In this document: in pieces, positions 9,667 through 21,700 of the stretch
Position numbering within the stretch: position 1 is the stretch's first letter
Layout: each line of letters opens with the position of its first letter
Program-made: the position numbers and the translations under genes
Assembly: GCA_963847625.1 (NCBI GenBank)
Contig: CAWKAR010000027.1
Span: 64,001 to 128,000 of the forward strand
Origin: a candidate division FCPU426 bacterium
GTDB taxonomy: Bacteria; Oederibacteriota; Muellerivitia; Muellerivitales; Muellerivitaceae
DNA length: 64,000 bases
Direction of reading: 5' to 3'
The notes under the pieces: model-generated
What the model saw: the letters and a program-made list of their open reading frames with translations, nothing else
What the model was told of the DNA's origin: nothing
Database searches by the model: none

Positions 9667-11703
9667 ATGTGGATTATGAGGAAATTTATTTTTCTATGGG
9701 TGTTCTTCTGTTTTATGGGCTTTGCTTACGCGCAAAAAGCCCAGCCTCTTTCGCCCACCCCCAATTCTGCCCCGGCTATTCCCGAGGTTTCACCCACGCC
9801 GCCTCCCTCCACACCCATCAACCAGGCGCCCATCACATTGGGGGAGGTCGAAGTCTATGGCCAACGGGTTGGGATTGCAGATAAGGAAATATCTTCTGAG
9901 AACATCCAAAACATCCTGGACACCGGCAACCTTGGAACGGCACTTGACGAACTATCCGGCTTGGAAACCCAGGGAGAGGGCGTGGGCAAGACATGGAATA
10001 CTTTGGCCATCAGGGGCCAATCCTTCCGCGAGACAGTGATCCTGGTGAATGGCGCGCGTGTCCCGGAAAGCTTCAACCTGGGCACCCTTTCCACCGATGA
10101 CGTCCAAAAGATGGAAGTCATCGAGGGGCCCCAGGCCCTGGCTTACGGTTCGGACGCGATAGGCGGGGTCCTTAACATTACCACCCGGACGGAAGGGGAC
10201 GATGATTTCCACCTCCAGGCGAGCGGGGGGGACTTCAACACCTACCAGTTCCGGGGATCCCTGCCGACCTTCAGGCTCGGCGCGGTTAAAAACAGCCTGA
10301 GCGGGAGCTGGTATACCAGCGACGGTTACCTTCCCCAAGACACGTGGGTCAATCCAGCGAATGGGGTCACTTACAACTTCACCAACGAACAGCACTGGGA
10401 CATCAACCACGCCGCCTCCCTGGACCTGGACAACGGCAAGCTAACCCTTGCCAGCGGCTTTTTCCGGCACATCGGCAACGCGCCGGACGCCGACAACCCG
10501 GTCGCGGCAGGAACGGACCAGTACGATATGGACGGATATCAGGATTCCTGGGGCGTCCAATCGGTCTTGAAGAGCGAGCACTCCCTGGGCGACTGGCGGA
10601 TGGAGCCACTGTTTTACGGTAATTACTCGGATGTGCTCCGGTCCAATCCCATCGGCCACGATCCCACCTCGGGCCAGTACGATCCCTTCCATAACCAATA
10701 CCTGAACTATGGGGCGCAGGTTTATTTCCGGGGAACCTCGCTGAACCATTGGGCCGAACCCTTTATCGGCTTTGAGGCGAGGGAGGAGTGTCTTTGGAGC
10801 GGCCTGTACGGGGTTTTCTATCGCAACGAGGATTCGTTGGCGGCGGGCGGAACCTTGAAATTCGACGAGTCCCTGCACCTCAATCTGGCGAACCACCTGG
10901 ACTATTATTCCTATTACAATCTTGTGGACAATCCCACCGGCACCCTAGTCTGGGACGCCGATAAAAACAGTCAGGTTCATTTAACCGTGGGGAAGGGTTA
11001 TCAAGTTCCCACTTACGACGAGCTTTACCTGCCTTATACGGATTTCAGCACTCTTCCGCCCGCCCACTTGCAGCAGATCTATGGTTCCAAGTTCACGATC
11101 TACGCGGGGGACAAAGGAAATCCCAATTTGAAACCCGAAGAATGCCTGAACAGCGAACTGGGAACCGACTTGAAATCCGGGCCTTTCTTATTCCAATTGG
11201 CGGGTTTTTTCAACTATTACTGGAGCCTGATCAATCCCGAGGTGGATCCCAAGGATAATTATTGGACTTATTTCAATCTTGACGGGGCCTTTTTCGCAGG
11301 GGCTGAGGGAATGCTGAGGTGCCGTTTCAGCAACCAAGCGTCCGCCTATACATCCGGCACTTACGTCCGCTCTGTAGACAATAACGGCAACGACATCCAG
11401 GGCAGGTTGAGGGCTAAGGTTGTCATGGGCCTGGAACTCAAGCCGGAAAGCCAATGGTCATTGGATATGAACGCCCGTTACGTGGACCGCAACCAGGTCT
11501 CGACTGTGTACTTGACGGATTTCGGCATCCAACCGCCACCCACCGGTTACTGGGACCTGAACGCAAAGGCCCAATACACCGTTTCTACGCACCTCAAAGG
11601 TTTCCTGGAGGTGGAAAATATCCTCAATAGCCAGATGGCGACCTTCCAGGGAATCCTTCTTCCCGGCAGGTATTTCCAAAGCGGACTCCAAGCCGAGTTT
11701 TAA
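9667..11703 (+). CDS. TonB-dependent receptor (BtuB/CirA-like)
   Basis: Signal peptide; plug motifs AIRGQ..ETVILVNG and EVIEGPQALAYGSDAIGGVLNI; GNPNLKPE; C-terminal NILN...PGRYFQSGLQAEF. Confidence 0.92.
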   Translation: MWIMRKFIFLWVFFCFMGFAYAQKAQPLSPTPNSAPAIPEVSPTPPPSTPINQAPITLGEVEVYGQRVGIADKEISSENIQNILDTGNLGTALDELSGLETQGEGVGKTWNTLAIRGQSFRETVILVNGARVPESFNLGTLSTDDVQKMEVIEGPQALAYGSDAIGGVLNITTRTEGDDDFHLQASGGDFNTYQFRGSLPTFRLGAVKNSLSGSWYTSDGYLPQDTWVNPANGVTYNFTNEQHWDINHAASLDLDNGKLTLASGFFRHIGNAPDADNPVAAGTDQYDMDGYQDSWGVQSVLKSEHSLGDWRMEPLFYGNYSDVLRSNPIGHDPTSGQYDPFHNQYLNYGAQVYFRGTSLNHWAEPFIGFEAREECLWSGLYGVFYRNEDSLAAGGTLKFDESLHLNLANHLDYYSYYNLVDNPTGTLVWDADKNSQVHLTVGKGYQVPTYDELYLPYTDFSTLPPAHLQQIYGSKFTIYAGDKGNPNLKPEECLNSELGTDLKSGPFLFQLAGFFNYYWSLINPEVDPKDNYWTYFNLDGAFFAGAEGMLRCRFSNQASAYTSGTYVRSVDNNGNDIQGRLRAKVVMGLELKPESQWSLDMNARYVDRNQVSTVYLTDFGIQPPPTGYWDLNAKAQYTVSTHLKGFLEVENILNSQMATFQGILLPGRYFQSGLQAEF

Positions 11704-11788
11704 AAGGGAAGGGGAGCGAAGGGAAAGAACCCATCGGTTTCACCAGGTACCTGAAAGGAATCCGGCTGTGGGGCTCAGCCGATGATCT

Positions 11789-12496
11789 TTACCACTTGAG
11801 AGGGTTCCCGTCGTTATAAAGGAAAAGCGATGTTTGGGCCATGGTCAGGCCCTTGACCATTTTCACGATGGCGGAGGCGGATTCCTCCGGAGCGAGTGAC
11901 GCGTTGGGGCCGCCCATATCCGTTCGGACCCTGCCCGGGTCCATGCAAACGACGATGATGTTTTCTCCCTTGAACTCGAAGGCCATGGTACGCGTGACCA
12001 TGTTCAAGGCGGCCTTTGAAACTCCGTAAGCATAAAAATGCCCCTCATTCTTGCCAGCCAAAGACGCCAGACCCGAAGTCGAGTTCACGACACGGGGTTT
12101 TGCCGATTTGCGAAGAAGGGGAAGAAAGGCCCGGGTGACCCTCATGGGGCCCAGCACGTTCACCTCGAAGGCCTCCCGGCATTTTTGTAATTCCACTTTT
12201 TCCAAACTCGAGTCAAAGGGGGGTGGGGAAATGCCGGCGTTGTTGAATAGAATATCCAGGTGCTGAACCTTTTGGGCCGCTTCCTTGGAGGCGGCCTCCA
12301 CTTGCTGGTCCGAATCCACCCCCATGGCCAGGATTTCAAGTTTACCCGGGTTTAATTTTTTCAAGGTCTGGAGTTCTGAAGCCTGTTGGGGCTGGCGGCA
12401 GGCCGCGAAAACCTGGTCCCCCTGACTTAGCAGTACTTTTGTGATCGCCAAGCCAATACCCCGGTTGGCTCCTGTGACGAGAATGTTTTCCGGCAT
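11789..12496 (-). CDS. Short-chain dehydrogenase/reductase (CsgA/C-factor-like)
   Basis: TGANRGIG, NNAG, YGVSK catalytic motif, PGxVRTDMGG; start placed at ATG 12496 after a GGAG RBS. Confidence 0.92.
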   Translation of the reverse strand: MPENILVTGANRGIGLAITKVLLSQGDQVFAACRQPQQASELQTLKKLNPGKLEILAMGVDSDQQVEAASKEAAQKVQHLDILFNNAGISPPPFDSSLEKVELQKCREAFEVNVLGPMRVTRAFLPLLRKSAKPRVVNSTSGLASLAGKNEGHFYAYGVSKAALNMVTRTMAFEFKGENIIVVCMDPGRVRTDMGGPNASLAPEESASAIVKMVKGLTMAQTSLFLYNDGNPLKW

Positions 12497-12779
12497 GTGA
12501 ACTCCTGTTCGTTTTTTCAATTTTAACTTCGGGTTTTTATGAAGCAATCAAATGGTAACGTTTCCAGCTTGTTTGTGGAAACAAAAACTTGAACCGGTTT
12601 CATAACGGGTTGTTTCGCTAAAACGAAACGATCCCAGGATGTTTCCGAAGGGATTTTTAAATGCCGAACAAGTATTTCCCCGAAAGTAAGAAGTAAGTTG
12701 GGAACTGTAGTATATTTTATTGTTAAAGCTAATATTCCTTTCCTTTTCTGATGGATTCCATCCATATAAAGGTGCCGCT

Positions 12780-15700
12780 TTGCGGGTAAAAATCCAATAT
12801 TTTTTGCAGCTCATGCTGTTAATTCCGGTCTGGGGTTTCATCAGCCCGGCCCAGGGTCAAAGCATCAACGGCACGACCGGGAAATATCCCTTTCCCCAAA
12901 ACCGCGCCAACCCTTACGGCATCCGCGCCACCAATTACGTCAACCAGGACGTCATTGACGCCTACAACAAATGGTACGCGGACTGCGTTACCTCCTCGGG
13001 CGCCGGTGGCTACTTGAGGGTCCAACGGCCCAATGAACCGGGACTTATTGTGGATTCTACCGTTTCCGAAGGCATCGGCTACGGAATGATCATCGCCGTT
13101 TACATGAACGACGAGAACCTCTTCGACAACCTGTGGAAATACGAGCAGATCCACTTGGACGGCAACGGCGTCATGAATTGGTACATCAACACGACCGGAG
13201 GAAACGCGGGGACCGGCGGTGCCACGGACGCGGACGAGGACATGGCCTGGGGCTTACTCATGGCCTCGCGCCAGTGGGGGGGAAGCGGAACCCTGAGCGC
13301 CACCTACCTGAGCTACGCTGTCTCCCAGATCAACATCATTTACAACACCGAAGTCTCCGGGGGAAACCTGATCGCGGGGGACGGTTACGTCGCTTACAAT
13401 CCCTCCTATTTCGACCCGGCCTACTACCGGGAATTCGCCACCGCCACGAGCAACAGCAATTGGCCGAACGTGTCCACCAGCTGCTATACCATCCTCAACG
13501 ACAACCTTTCCCAGGGCTATGGAAACGCCAACAACGGCCTGGATTCGGCCTGGTGCAACAGCTCGGGGGTCTCCGTGAACCAGAATGGCGTGGCTTTCTT
13601 CGACTACCAGTATGACGCCTGCCGGACGCCCTTCAGGATCGGCGAAGACTATGTGTGGTTCGGGAACTCGCAGGCCCAGACGTACCTTTCAAAGACCAGC
13701 GCTTTTTTCTCGGCTATCGGCGCAGTTTCCATCGTGGACGGCTACCATTTGAACGGTACGACCGACGCCCAATTGCCCACCCTGCAGGTCAGCGTGAACC
13801 CGGGGTTCCAATCTGCGGCTTTCGTGGGGCCTGCCGGATGCGGGGCCATGAGCAGCGCGACCTACCAGACATACGTGAACAACACTTACACCGACCTGGT
13901 CGGGTCGAAACTCCTGGTCGGGGGTACCTATTACGACGAGTGTTGGACCGTGATGTCGTTGCTCATGCTCTCTGGCAATTTCCTGGACTATAACCTTTAT
14001 GTCACTCCGACCGTCACCCCCACAGTGGGAAGCCCCACCTCGACCCCCACACGCACGCCCACCATCACGCCGACCGCGACTATCACTCCGACGCCGACCT
14101 CGACTTCCACCATCACCCGAACCAGCACACCCACCCCGACAGCGACCCGGACGAACACGCCGACTAATACAGTTACGACTACACCCACAAATACGGCAAC
14201 AGCCACGCCAACCCCGACCAGGACAAATTCGCCTACTAATACAGTCACTCCTACGTCGACAAACACATCCGTGAATACGGCCACGAATACGGCGACTTCC
14301 ACTCCTACCGCAACCCGGACGAACACGCCGACTAATACGCTATCCAGCACACCTACCCCAACTTTGACCCGAACGAATACGCCGACTTATTCAGTAACCA
14401 ACACACCTACGAATACTGCGACCGGAACATCTATCCCAACCCGGACGAACACGCCCACGAATACCTTGACGAATACAGCGACATTCACACCAACTCTAAC
14501 CAGGACAAATTCGCCAACCAATACGATCACGCCTTCACCTACCGACACTACTTTTCCTTTGTTTACTTCGACTTCAACCAACACTAGGACGAATACGGCG
14601 ACTTTTACGCCAACTATCACTTCCACGAACACTCTAACCAGCACTCCTACCCTAACTTTAACCCGGACGAATTCACCCACTAGTACACTCACACCTACAC
14701 CCACGAATACCCCAACCAACACGCCCACGAGTACGGCGACAGCCAGTTCAACTCCTACCAGGACGAACACCCAAACGAATATACCGACTTCCACGCCCAC
14801 GAACACTTCCACCTATACAAGGACAAACACACCAACTTCTACTCCCACCGCAACGGCCACCCATACGCCGACGGTGACGTCCACGGTCACCAATACCAGC
14901 ACGGGAACCACATCACCCACACCGACTTTCACGAACACCCCAACTCGTACGCTAACTCCAACATTGACGAATACGGTAACCTCTACGCCATCGCCGCCGG
15001 TGACGAACACGTCCACCAGCACGCCCACAGCGACACCGACTAGGACATTGACCCCTACATCCACGAATACCTCATCGAATACGGCCACAGCCACACCGGC
15101 CAACACTTTAACCAGCACGAGGACAAACACACCAACTTCTACTCCCACCGCAACGGCCACCCATACGCCGACGGTGACGTCCACGGTCACCAATACCAGC
15201 ACGGGAACCACATCACCCACACCGACTTTCACGAACACCCCAACTCGTACGCTAACTCCAACATTGACGAATACGGTAACCTCTACGCCATCGCCGCCGG
15301 TGACGAACACGTCCACCAGCACGCCCACAGCGACACCGACTAGGACATTGACCCCTACATCCACGAATACCTCATCGAATACGGCCACAGCCACACCGAC
15401 CAACACTTTAACCAGCACGAGGACAAACACACCAACTTCTACTCCCACCGCAACGGCCACCCATACGCCGACGGTGACGTCCACGGTCACCAATACCAGC
15501 ACGGGGACTACATCGCCCACACAGACTTACACGAATACCCTAACCCGTACGCAAACTTCAACACCCGCGAATACGGCAACCTCTACTCCGACACCGACGG
15601 TGACGAACACGTTCACCAACACTCCTACGCCTACATTGACACCGTTACCTACAGCTACAAACACCCCTACGATGACCCCGACTTCGACATCAACCAACAC

Positions 15701-16580
15701 TGCGACTTCAACTCGAACCCTCACCTGGACTAATACGCCGACCACGACTTCGACACCAACGTCCACGGATACACCGACGACCACGTCCACGCCCACGGCC
15801 ACACTAACCGGGACTCAGTCCCCGACGAACACCCCGACAATCACCCTTACCCCCACTTCTACATTTACTCTCACGAATACTCCAACCATCACCTCCACTC
15901 CTACCAACACGCCGACGGATTCTATGACTCTCACACCAACCTTTACCGCGACACAGACCTCTACATCTACTCCAAAAAATACACCAACTTCAACCTCTAC
16001 TCTAACACCCACATCGACCCCGACAACGACTCCTTCATTCACCTCAACCTATACCAATTCCACAACACCCACTCTGGCCTGGACGCCTACGTCCACTTTA
16101 ACAAATACACCCAGCCTGACGTCGACCGATGTGCCGATTCCGACTTCCTCTTCCACGCCTTCGCCAACGAATACACTGACCCCCATGCCCACAAACGCGC
16201 CAACGTCGACGTCAACACCGTCCGTGACAGAAACCCCGTTCGAAACTGCAAGCCCCAGTCCGATACAAACGGCTGTTATGACACAGACTCCGACACACCC
16301 CGGGATCCCTTCCTTAAAGATCTATCCGAATCCGGTCCTAAACGACCAGCCGTTGATCATTCTGCTTTCCATCACGTCCACTTCCGACGTGCGGGTTGAA
16401 ATCTTCACTCTAGCTTTTAGGAAGGTGAACGAACTTAACTTTTCCCAGGTGGCTCCGGGTGGCAGCGTGACGGTTCCCTTGACGGATCGCTGGAACAAGC
16501 CTCTGGCCGATGGCCTTTATTACGTGGTGATAAAAACCGGCCAGGGCAGGTCCATCGGGAAATTACTAATCTTTAGGTGA
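12780..16580 (+). CDS. Glycoside hydrolase family 8 (endoglucanase-like) + ~760-aa Thr/Pro stalk + C-terminal sorting-like domain
   Basis: [41 protein letters not shown]; likely TTG start at 12780 after AAAGGTG (ORF track starts at 12720). Confidence 0.9.
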   Translation: MRVKIQYFLQLMLLIPVWGFISPAQGQSINGTTGKYPFPQNRANPYGIRATNYVNQDVIDAYNKWYADCVTSSGAGGYLRVQRPNEPGLIVDSTVSEGIGYGMIIAVYMNDENLFDNLWKYEQIHLDGNGVMNWYINTTGGNAGTGGATDADEDMAWGLLMASRQWGGSGTLSATYLSYAVSQINIIYNTEVSGGNLIAGDGYVAYNPSYFDPAYYREFATATSNSNWPNVSTSCYTILNDNLSQGYGNANNGLDSAWCNSSGVSVNQNGVAFFDYQYDACRTPFRIGEDYVWFGNSQAQTYLSKTSAFFSAIGAVSIVDGYHLNGTTDAQLPTLQVSVNPGFQSAAFVGPAGCGAMSSATYQTYVNNTYTDLVGSKLLVGGTYYDECWTVMSLLMLSGNFLDYNLYVTPTVTPTVGSPTSTPTRTPTITPTATITPTPTSTSTITRTSTPTPTATRTNTPTNTVTTTPTNTATATPTPTRTNSPTNTVTPTSTNTSVNTATNTATSTPTATRTNTPTNTLSSTPTPTLTRTNTPTYSVTNTPTNTATGTSIPTRTNTPTNTLTNTATFTPTLTRTNSPTNTITPSPTDTTFPLFTSTSTNTRTNTATFTPTITSTNTLTSTPTLTLTRTNSPTSTLTPTPTNTPTNTPTSTATASSTPTRTNTQTNIPTSTPTNTSTYTRTNTPTSTPTATATHTPTVTSTVTNTSTGTTSPTPTFTNTPTRTLTPTLTNTVTSTPSPPVTNTSTSTPTATPTRTLTPTSTNTSSNTATATPANTLTSTRTNTPTSTPTATATHTPTVTSTVTNTSTGTTSPTPTFTNTPTRTLTPTLTNTVTSTPSPPVTNTSTSTPTATPTRTLTPTSTNTSSNTATATPTNTLTSTRTNTPTSTPTATATHTPTVTSTVTNTSTGTTSPTQTYTNTLTRTQTSTPANTATSTPTPTVTNTFTNTPTPTLTPLPTATNTPTMTPTSTSTNTATSTRTLTWTNTPTTTSTPTSTDTPTTTSTPTATLTGTQSPTNTPTITLTPTSTFTLTNTPTITSTPTNTPTDSMTLTPTFTATQTSTSTPKNTPTSTSTLTPTSTPTTTPSFTSTYTNSTTPTLAWTPTSTLTNTPSLTSTDVPIPTSSSTPSPTNTLTPMPTNAPTSTSTPSVTETPFETASPSPIQTAVMTQTPTHPGIPSLKIYPNPVLNDQPLIILLSITSTSDVRVEIFTLAFRKVNELNFSQVAPGGSVTVPLTDRWNKPLADGLYYVVIKTGQGRSIGKLLIFR
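14821..15520 (+). repeat. 300-bp (100-aa) near-exact tandem duplication, about 2.3 copies
   Basis: Sequence lines at 14821, 15121 and 15421 are identical; one mismatch seen between the first two units. Confidence 0.9.
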
Positions 16581-16676
16581 AATCGAACCATCGATTTGAG
16601 CCCTACAGGCCTTCCAGAGGGCCTTCGCCGGGTTGAAAACCTTGGCGCAAGCAAAGTCCTATGATAGTCTCAACCC

Positions 16677-18470
16677 ATGAACGCCAAACTTCCCCGGAAT
16701 TCGCCCGCCTTACGCAACCTACTGGTTCAGGAAGGTTTTTTGTCCATCCTTAAGTATTACGTCGACTTGAATTGTTCCGTCGTCTCATTCGCTCCGGGTA
16801 GGTTTTGGGTGCCCATTCACCAGCATCAAAGAGCGGCGACCTTTTTCGATTTGGAAAAAAAATACGGGCTTGTTCGAAAGCTTGATGAAGTCGACAACCC
16901 GTACTTTCGGACCGCTTACCAGGAAAAACGCACCGTCCTGGGGGAATACCAAGACCTGGGATTTTACGATCTTTTCGTTCCGGTGGTGCGCAATGGGCGG
17001 TGCCTGGGCATGGTGATATCAGGTGTTTTCTCAAACCAGGAGTGGACCCGGCAGAAATTGGAGGAAAGTTGGTTGAAGATCAGCCGCCAGGAAACCACGA
17101 CGGAAAATCCAGGGTTCTTGGAATTCGTGAAAATTGCCTTGGAAACTCCCGTGTTGGAAGGCGACGGATATCTCGCATACCGGGAAGCCACCGAAAACTT
17201 CGCGCAGATCTTAAGCGGTGAAAAGCAATGGCCGAAGACTGATCGGTTTCATGAACTGAAGGTCAAAGTTTTTTCCAAAGTATTCCCCCATAGTTTTTGG
17301 TTGGATTGGGCCTTGGGCCGCAAGCCCGTCATGCAAGCTTGGGGCATTGAAGTCCAGGAATTGGATTGGGTCCAGGAAGAGATAGGAATTACTCGGATTC
17401 CCACAACCGTGATCGCGGCGATCCCGATAAAATTAACGGGAGGGAAAGTCGATCCGGTCGCCGAAATGCTTCGGATCCATAATTTACAACGCCTGAGTTT
17501 TAATTTCGCTAGGACCCTGCCCCAAACCGTCTGCGGAAAACTTGAGAATTACGGCGTCGTTTTCGTCACTTCAGCAGACCTCTCGAAAAACCGCCTTCAA
17601 CGCAGGAACCAAATCGAGGACACTGCAAGGAAAATTCACCGGTTTGCCATCGACAATTTGGGAGGGCCTGCCCTGGTCGGAATAGGGGAAACGGTGGCCC
17701 CAGGAGAACCATTGAATCGCTCCTACCGCCAGGCTGTATTAGCCCTCCATTTGGGCAGCTATTCGGGAAAGGAACTGGTTTTTTTCAACGCTGCCCGCGA
17801 ACCAGAAGCCGAGGGCTTGTCGGAACTCAGACGAGTCCTGCTGGAGCTGAAACGACAATTTGTCGTCGCTTCTTATTCCGATATGGAAATGGTGTTGGAT
17901 GGATATTTAAAAATGGTCTTAACCCTTTCCTTTAGGAGTCCTGATGAAATTCGGTGGCATTTACAATATGCCCTTATCCAATTGGTCGAAGCAGTCCGCG
18001 ATCGTTCCGACCTTCATGAGCAGGAAGCCAATTGGTTGCACCAAAACCTGGCCAGGACTTTGGAAAAGGCTGTCACCACACAAGAAATGGTTTTGGCTTT
18101 CCGGGAATCGTTGTCGAAACTCTCCGAAAGGTTCGGGAAATTCAAGACACTCAAAGCCGTTTATTCGATTGAAAAAACGCGGGATTATATCGACGGTCAT
18201 TTTCGAGAACCTTTGCGGGTTTCCCGACTGGCAAAATTCACCGGTGTTTCCAGTTCAACATTCAGCCGCCGGTTTAAAAGATTGACGGGAATGGGATTGG
18301 AAACGTACGTGCAAAAGTTGCGTTTGGGCGAAGCAAAACGTCTTTTGAAAACCAGCGGGTTGCCCGTGGCCCGGATCGGTCAATACTGTGGATTTAAATC
18401 CGCTTCCTATTTCATACATTTATTTCAAAATAAGATTGGTCTGTCACCCCGGAAATTCCGCCAAAAATAA
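16677..18470 (+). CDS. AraC-family transcriptional regulator with N-terminal PocR-like sensor and central CdaR/PucR-like region
   Basis: C-terminal AraC HTH (LAKFTGVSSSTFSRRFK...RLGEAKRLL...CGFKSASYF...SPRKFR); DLFVPV...LGMVISG; LVGIGE...SYRQA. Confidence 0.88.
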   Translation: MNAKLPRNSPALRNLLVQEGFLSILKYYVDLNCSVVSFAPGRFWVPIHQHQRAATFFDLEKKYGLVRKLDEVDNPYFRTAYQEKRTVLGEYQDLGFYDLFVPVVRNGRCLGMVISGVFSNQEWTRQKLEESWLKISRQETTTENPGFLEFVKIALETPVLEGDGYLAYREATENFAQILSGEKQWPKTDRFHELKVKVFSKVFPHSFWLDWALGRKPVMQAWGIEVQELDWVQEEIGITRIPTTVIAAIPIKLTGGKVDPVAEMLRIHNLQRLSFNFARTLPQTVCGKLENYGVVFVTSADLSKNRLQRRNQIEDTARKIHRFAIDNLGGPALVGIGETVAPGEPLNRSYRQAVLALHLGSYSGKELVFFNAAREPEAEGLSELRRVLLELKRQFVVASYSDMEMVLDGYLKMVLTLSFRSPDEIRWHLQYALIQLVEAVRDRSDLHEQEANWLHQNLARTLEKAVTTQEMVLAFRESLSKLSERFGKFKTLKAVYSIEKTRDYIDGHFREPLRVSRLAKFTGVSSSTFSRRFKRLTGMGLETYVQKLRLGEAKRLLKTSGLPVARIGQYCGFKSASYFIHLFQNKIGLSPRKFRQK

Positions 18471-18546
18471 AATAAACGTAGCTAAATCGCACTTCATGTT
18501 TTTGAAAGTATTTTTCACTTGTTTATGAGCCATACGAACACCCCCG

Positions 18547-18750
18547 CCGATTAAACGAGAAACTTCCTTGAACTATAACGGTCCAATGCCAAATGAAATA
18601 AAAAGCAATTAAAATGGGATTAAAAAGATAGTAACTTTGGCCCGGGATAGTGATATTTCCAATAACAGGGGTATATTTACTTTAATTAGGAATAAAAACC
18701 CTTTCATGGGGGGCGAGCTATACCCCTTTTTGCATTGGTTGGAGAGTATC
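18547..18750 (+). promoter_or_regulatory. Duplicated promoter/leader with 21-bp-spaced direct repeats (candidate AraC operator)
   Basis: TGAAATAAAA at 18594 and TGGGATTAAAA at 18615; region is homologous to 25294-25497. Confidence 0.6.
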
Positions 18751-21700
18751 GTGACCGATATTCGCGAAAAAAATTTAAAACGATTTTTTTTATTTTATAT
18801 CTGCCAAAACCGTAATTTCAATAAGCTTTCCAATGTTTTTTTAGCCCCATTATTCTCCTTGAAACCGGTTTTGATGTGCCTAACAATCCTGTTTTTCGGG
18901 GCGAACCTTTCCTTTTTATGTGCCCAAGTCAGCATCACTGTGAACGCCGGCACGACCATCGTTACCATTCCCAATGCGATTTACGGCAACAATGCGCAGT
19001 ATTACAACGCAGCCAATAACGGTACGGTCTCCACTTACAACACCCTCATGCAGGTTTCCGGCTGCCGCAACATCCGCTGGCCGGGTGGATCCGAGGCCGA
19101 CATTGTGGATTGGAATAATCTCGTTTGCGAAGATGCTGGTGCCGCCACAACCCCCCAGTTTATCACCTTCTTGCAAACAATCGGCGGAACCCTGCAACCC
19201 ATCGTGAATTTCAGCGCTTACTGGTGCAGCGGAGGCTCCGGGTCCGGAACTACCACCCAATACACCGAATCCCAAGCCGTCAGCCTGGCTGAGGCGTGGG
19301 TTACTTGGAACATGAGCAATACGGGTACGGCCAAGGCGAAATATTGGGAAGTCGGCAACGAAACCTACGGCACCTGGGAGCAGGACGGGGGCATCAGCGG
19401 TACGACCTACGGCCAGGAATTCGTCACTTTCTACAATGGGATGAAAGCGATCGATTCCACCATCGAGATTGGGGCGGTAGCGTCGCCTGGTTCAGGGGAT
19501 TACAGCAACTGGACGCCCAACATGCTCACAGCCGCGAAAGCTGGCGGAGTCGTGCCGGACTTCCTTATCATCCACAATTATCCGGTTACTTCTGGCGCCC
19601 CCGCGGGCGCGGGCACGGATGCCTACATCCTCAGTTTCCCCTCCACCATCGCAACCCAAACAAGTAGCCTGAACTCCATTGTGTCCTCTGCTTTGGGAAG
19701 TTCCTATGTCGGACAAGTAAAATACTTCATGAGCGAATACAACTCAAGCCTCGGGCCGGATGCCCAAACCAACGAGTACGTAAACGCCATGTTCTGTTCC
19801 GAATGGATCCTGGAAATGGCCAAAAACGGCTGGATTGGCGCAAATCTTTGGGCCACCCTGAATGGCGGCACCCCCGATTACGGTTTCGTCAACACCACCA
19901 CCTACGCCCCATTTCCAAATTATTACATTTTCCCCATGCTGACTGGTAAGTTCGGTACCTACATGGTTTCCTGCACCAGCAGCAACGCCACTACCGTATC
20001 GGCCTATGCGGCCAAGGATTCATCGGGGAACCTCACCCTTTTCTTGGTCAACAACAACCCCACGGCTACTGTTCCAGCCACGGTCACAGTGTCCGGGTTC
20101 ACACCCTCTTCTTCTGGCCAGGCTTGGGTGATGCTGCCCCAAGGAACCTCTTCGAGCGGGGCCCCCCAAGAAGCTCCAGGTCTCCAGATCAACGGCACCG
20201 CCAACCCCGCGCCAAGCGCCATCAGCGGCATCGCGGGGGTTGCCCAAACCACGGGGACGACTTTTACTGTTAGTCTTCAACCTAGTGAAATGGACTTGAT
20301 CGTTATTCCGGGAACCAGCGGGGGATCGCCTGTTCCCACGAATACTTTCACCTGGACCCCTACCCGTACCAACACCCCTACCCCCACCTTAACGACCGTG
20401 CCCCCCAAAATCATCCTGACCAAGACCACCAGCGGTCCCACCTCCAATTATTCGGATAATGGGCCCATTACGATGACTCTGAATGTTTGCAACGGATCGG
20501 GGTCGGTCACGGCCAATTCGGTCACGGTCACGGACAGCATTACGAATCCCTTAGGGTGGTCCTTCGAGGGGCCCGGTTACAGTCAATGGACCGTGACGGT
20601 ATCGGGGGCGGCGGTGACGATCAATCCCACGAGTACGACCTATCCGAACCTGACCTGGGTGGTGAGCAACCTGCCCGGGGGGAACTGCGTGCCGGTCACC
20701 TTCATCGTGGGTTCCTATAGCGTCAACTCGAGCGATTATTGCAATGTTGTCACCGACGCGGGGATAGCCAACTGGTCGGGCGGGGGCCCGGTGACCAGCA
20801 ATAGCATTTCCATCTCGGTGGTTTGCACCGTCGTGAACACCGCGACCAACACGCCTACAAGGACCTTAACCCCAACAACCACCAATACTTCGACGATTAC
20901 CCGGACAAACACTGTAACAGGCACACCTACCTCCACCCCGACCCGGACAAACTCGCCGACCAACACGTTCACGACGCTACCCACGAACACTTTAACCAGC
21001 ACCCCTACGTCCACCCCTACCAGGACGAACACGGCCACTAATACGTACACGACAGCGCCGACGAACACGTCCACGTCGACCCCAACCAGGACGAACACAA
21101 CGACCAGCACACTTACAAATACACCGACGAATACACCCACGAATACGGCAACCTCCACATCAACCCCGACCCGGACGAATTCGCCTACTAATACAGTCAC
21201 TCCTACGTCGACAAATACGTCCGTGAACACGCCAACGAACACCTCTACGCCTACACCAACCCCAACCAGGACGAACACACCAACCAGCACACTTACAAAT
21301 ACGCCGACGAATACGCCCACGAATACGGCGACCTCCACACCGACCCCGACAAGGACGAACTCGCCGACCGTTACGATCACAAGCACGTCGACGAATACGT
21401 CCGTGAACACGCCAACGAACACCTCTGCGGCCACGAATACGGCAACCTCCACACCGACCCCGACGAGGACAAATTCGCCTACTGATACAGTCACCCCTAC
21501 GTCGACGAACACGTCCGTGAATACAGCCACGAACACAGCGACCCTCACGTTAACCCCGACCAGAACGAATTCACCGACTGTTACGATCACAAGTACGTCG
21601 ACGAACACGTCCACGTCGACCCCAACCAGGACGAACACAACGACCAGCACACTTACAAATACACCGACGAATACACCCACGAATACGGCAACCTCCACAT

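Noticed and set aside
18637..18750. N-terminal extensions of ORFs 18637 and 25315
   Set aside because: They fall in the duplicated promoter/leader; the conserved GGAGAG-GTG start is more plausible.
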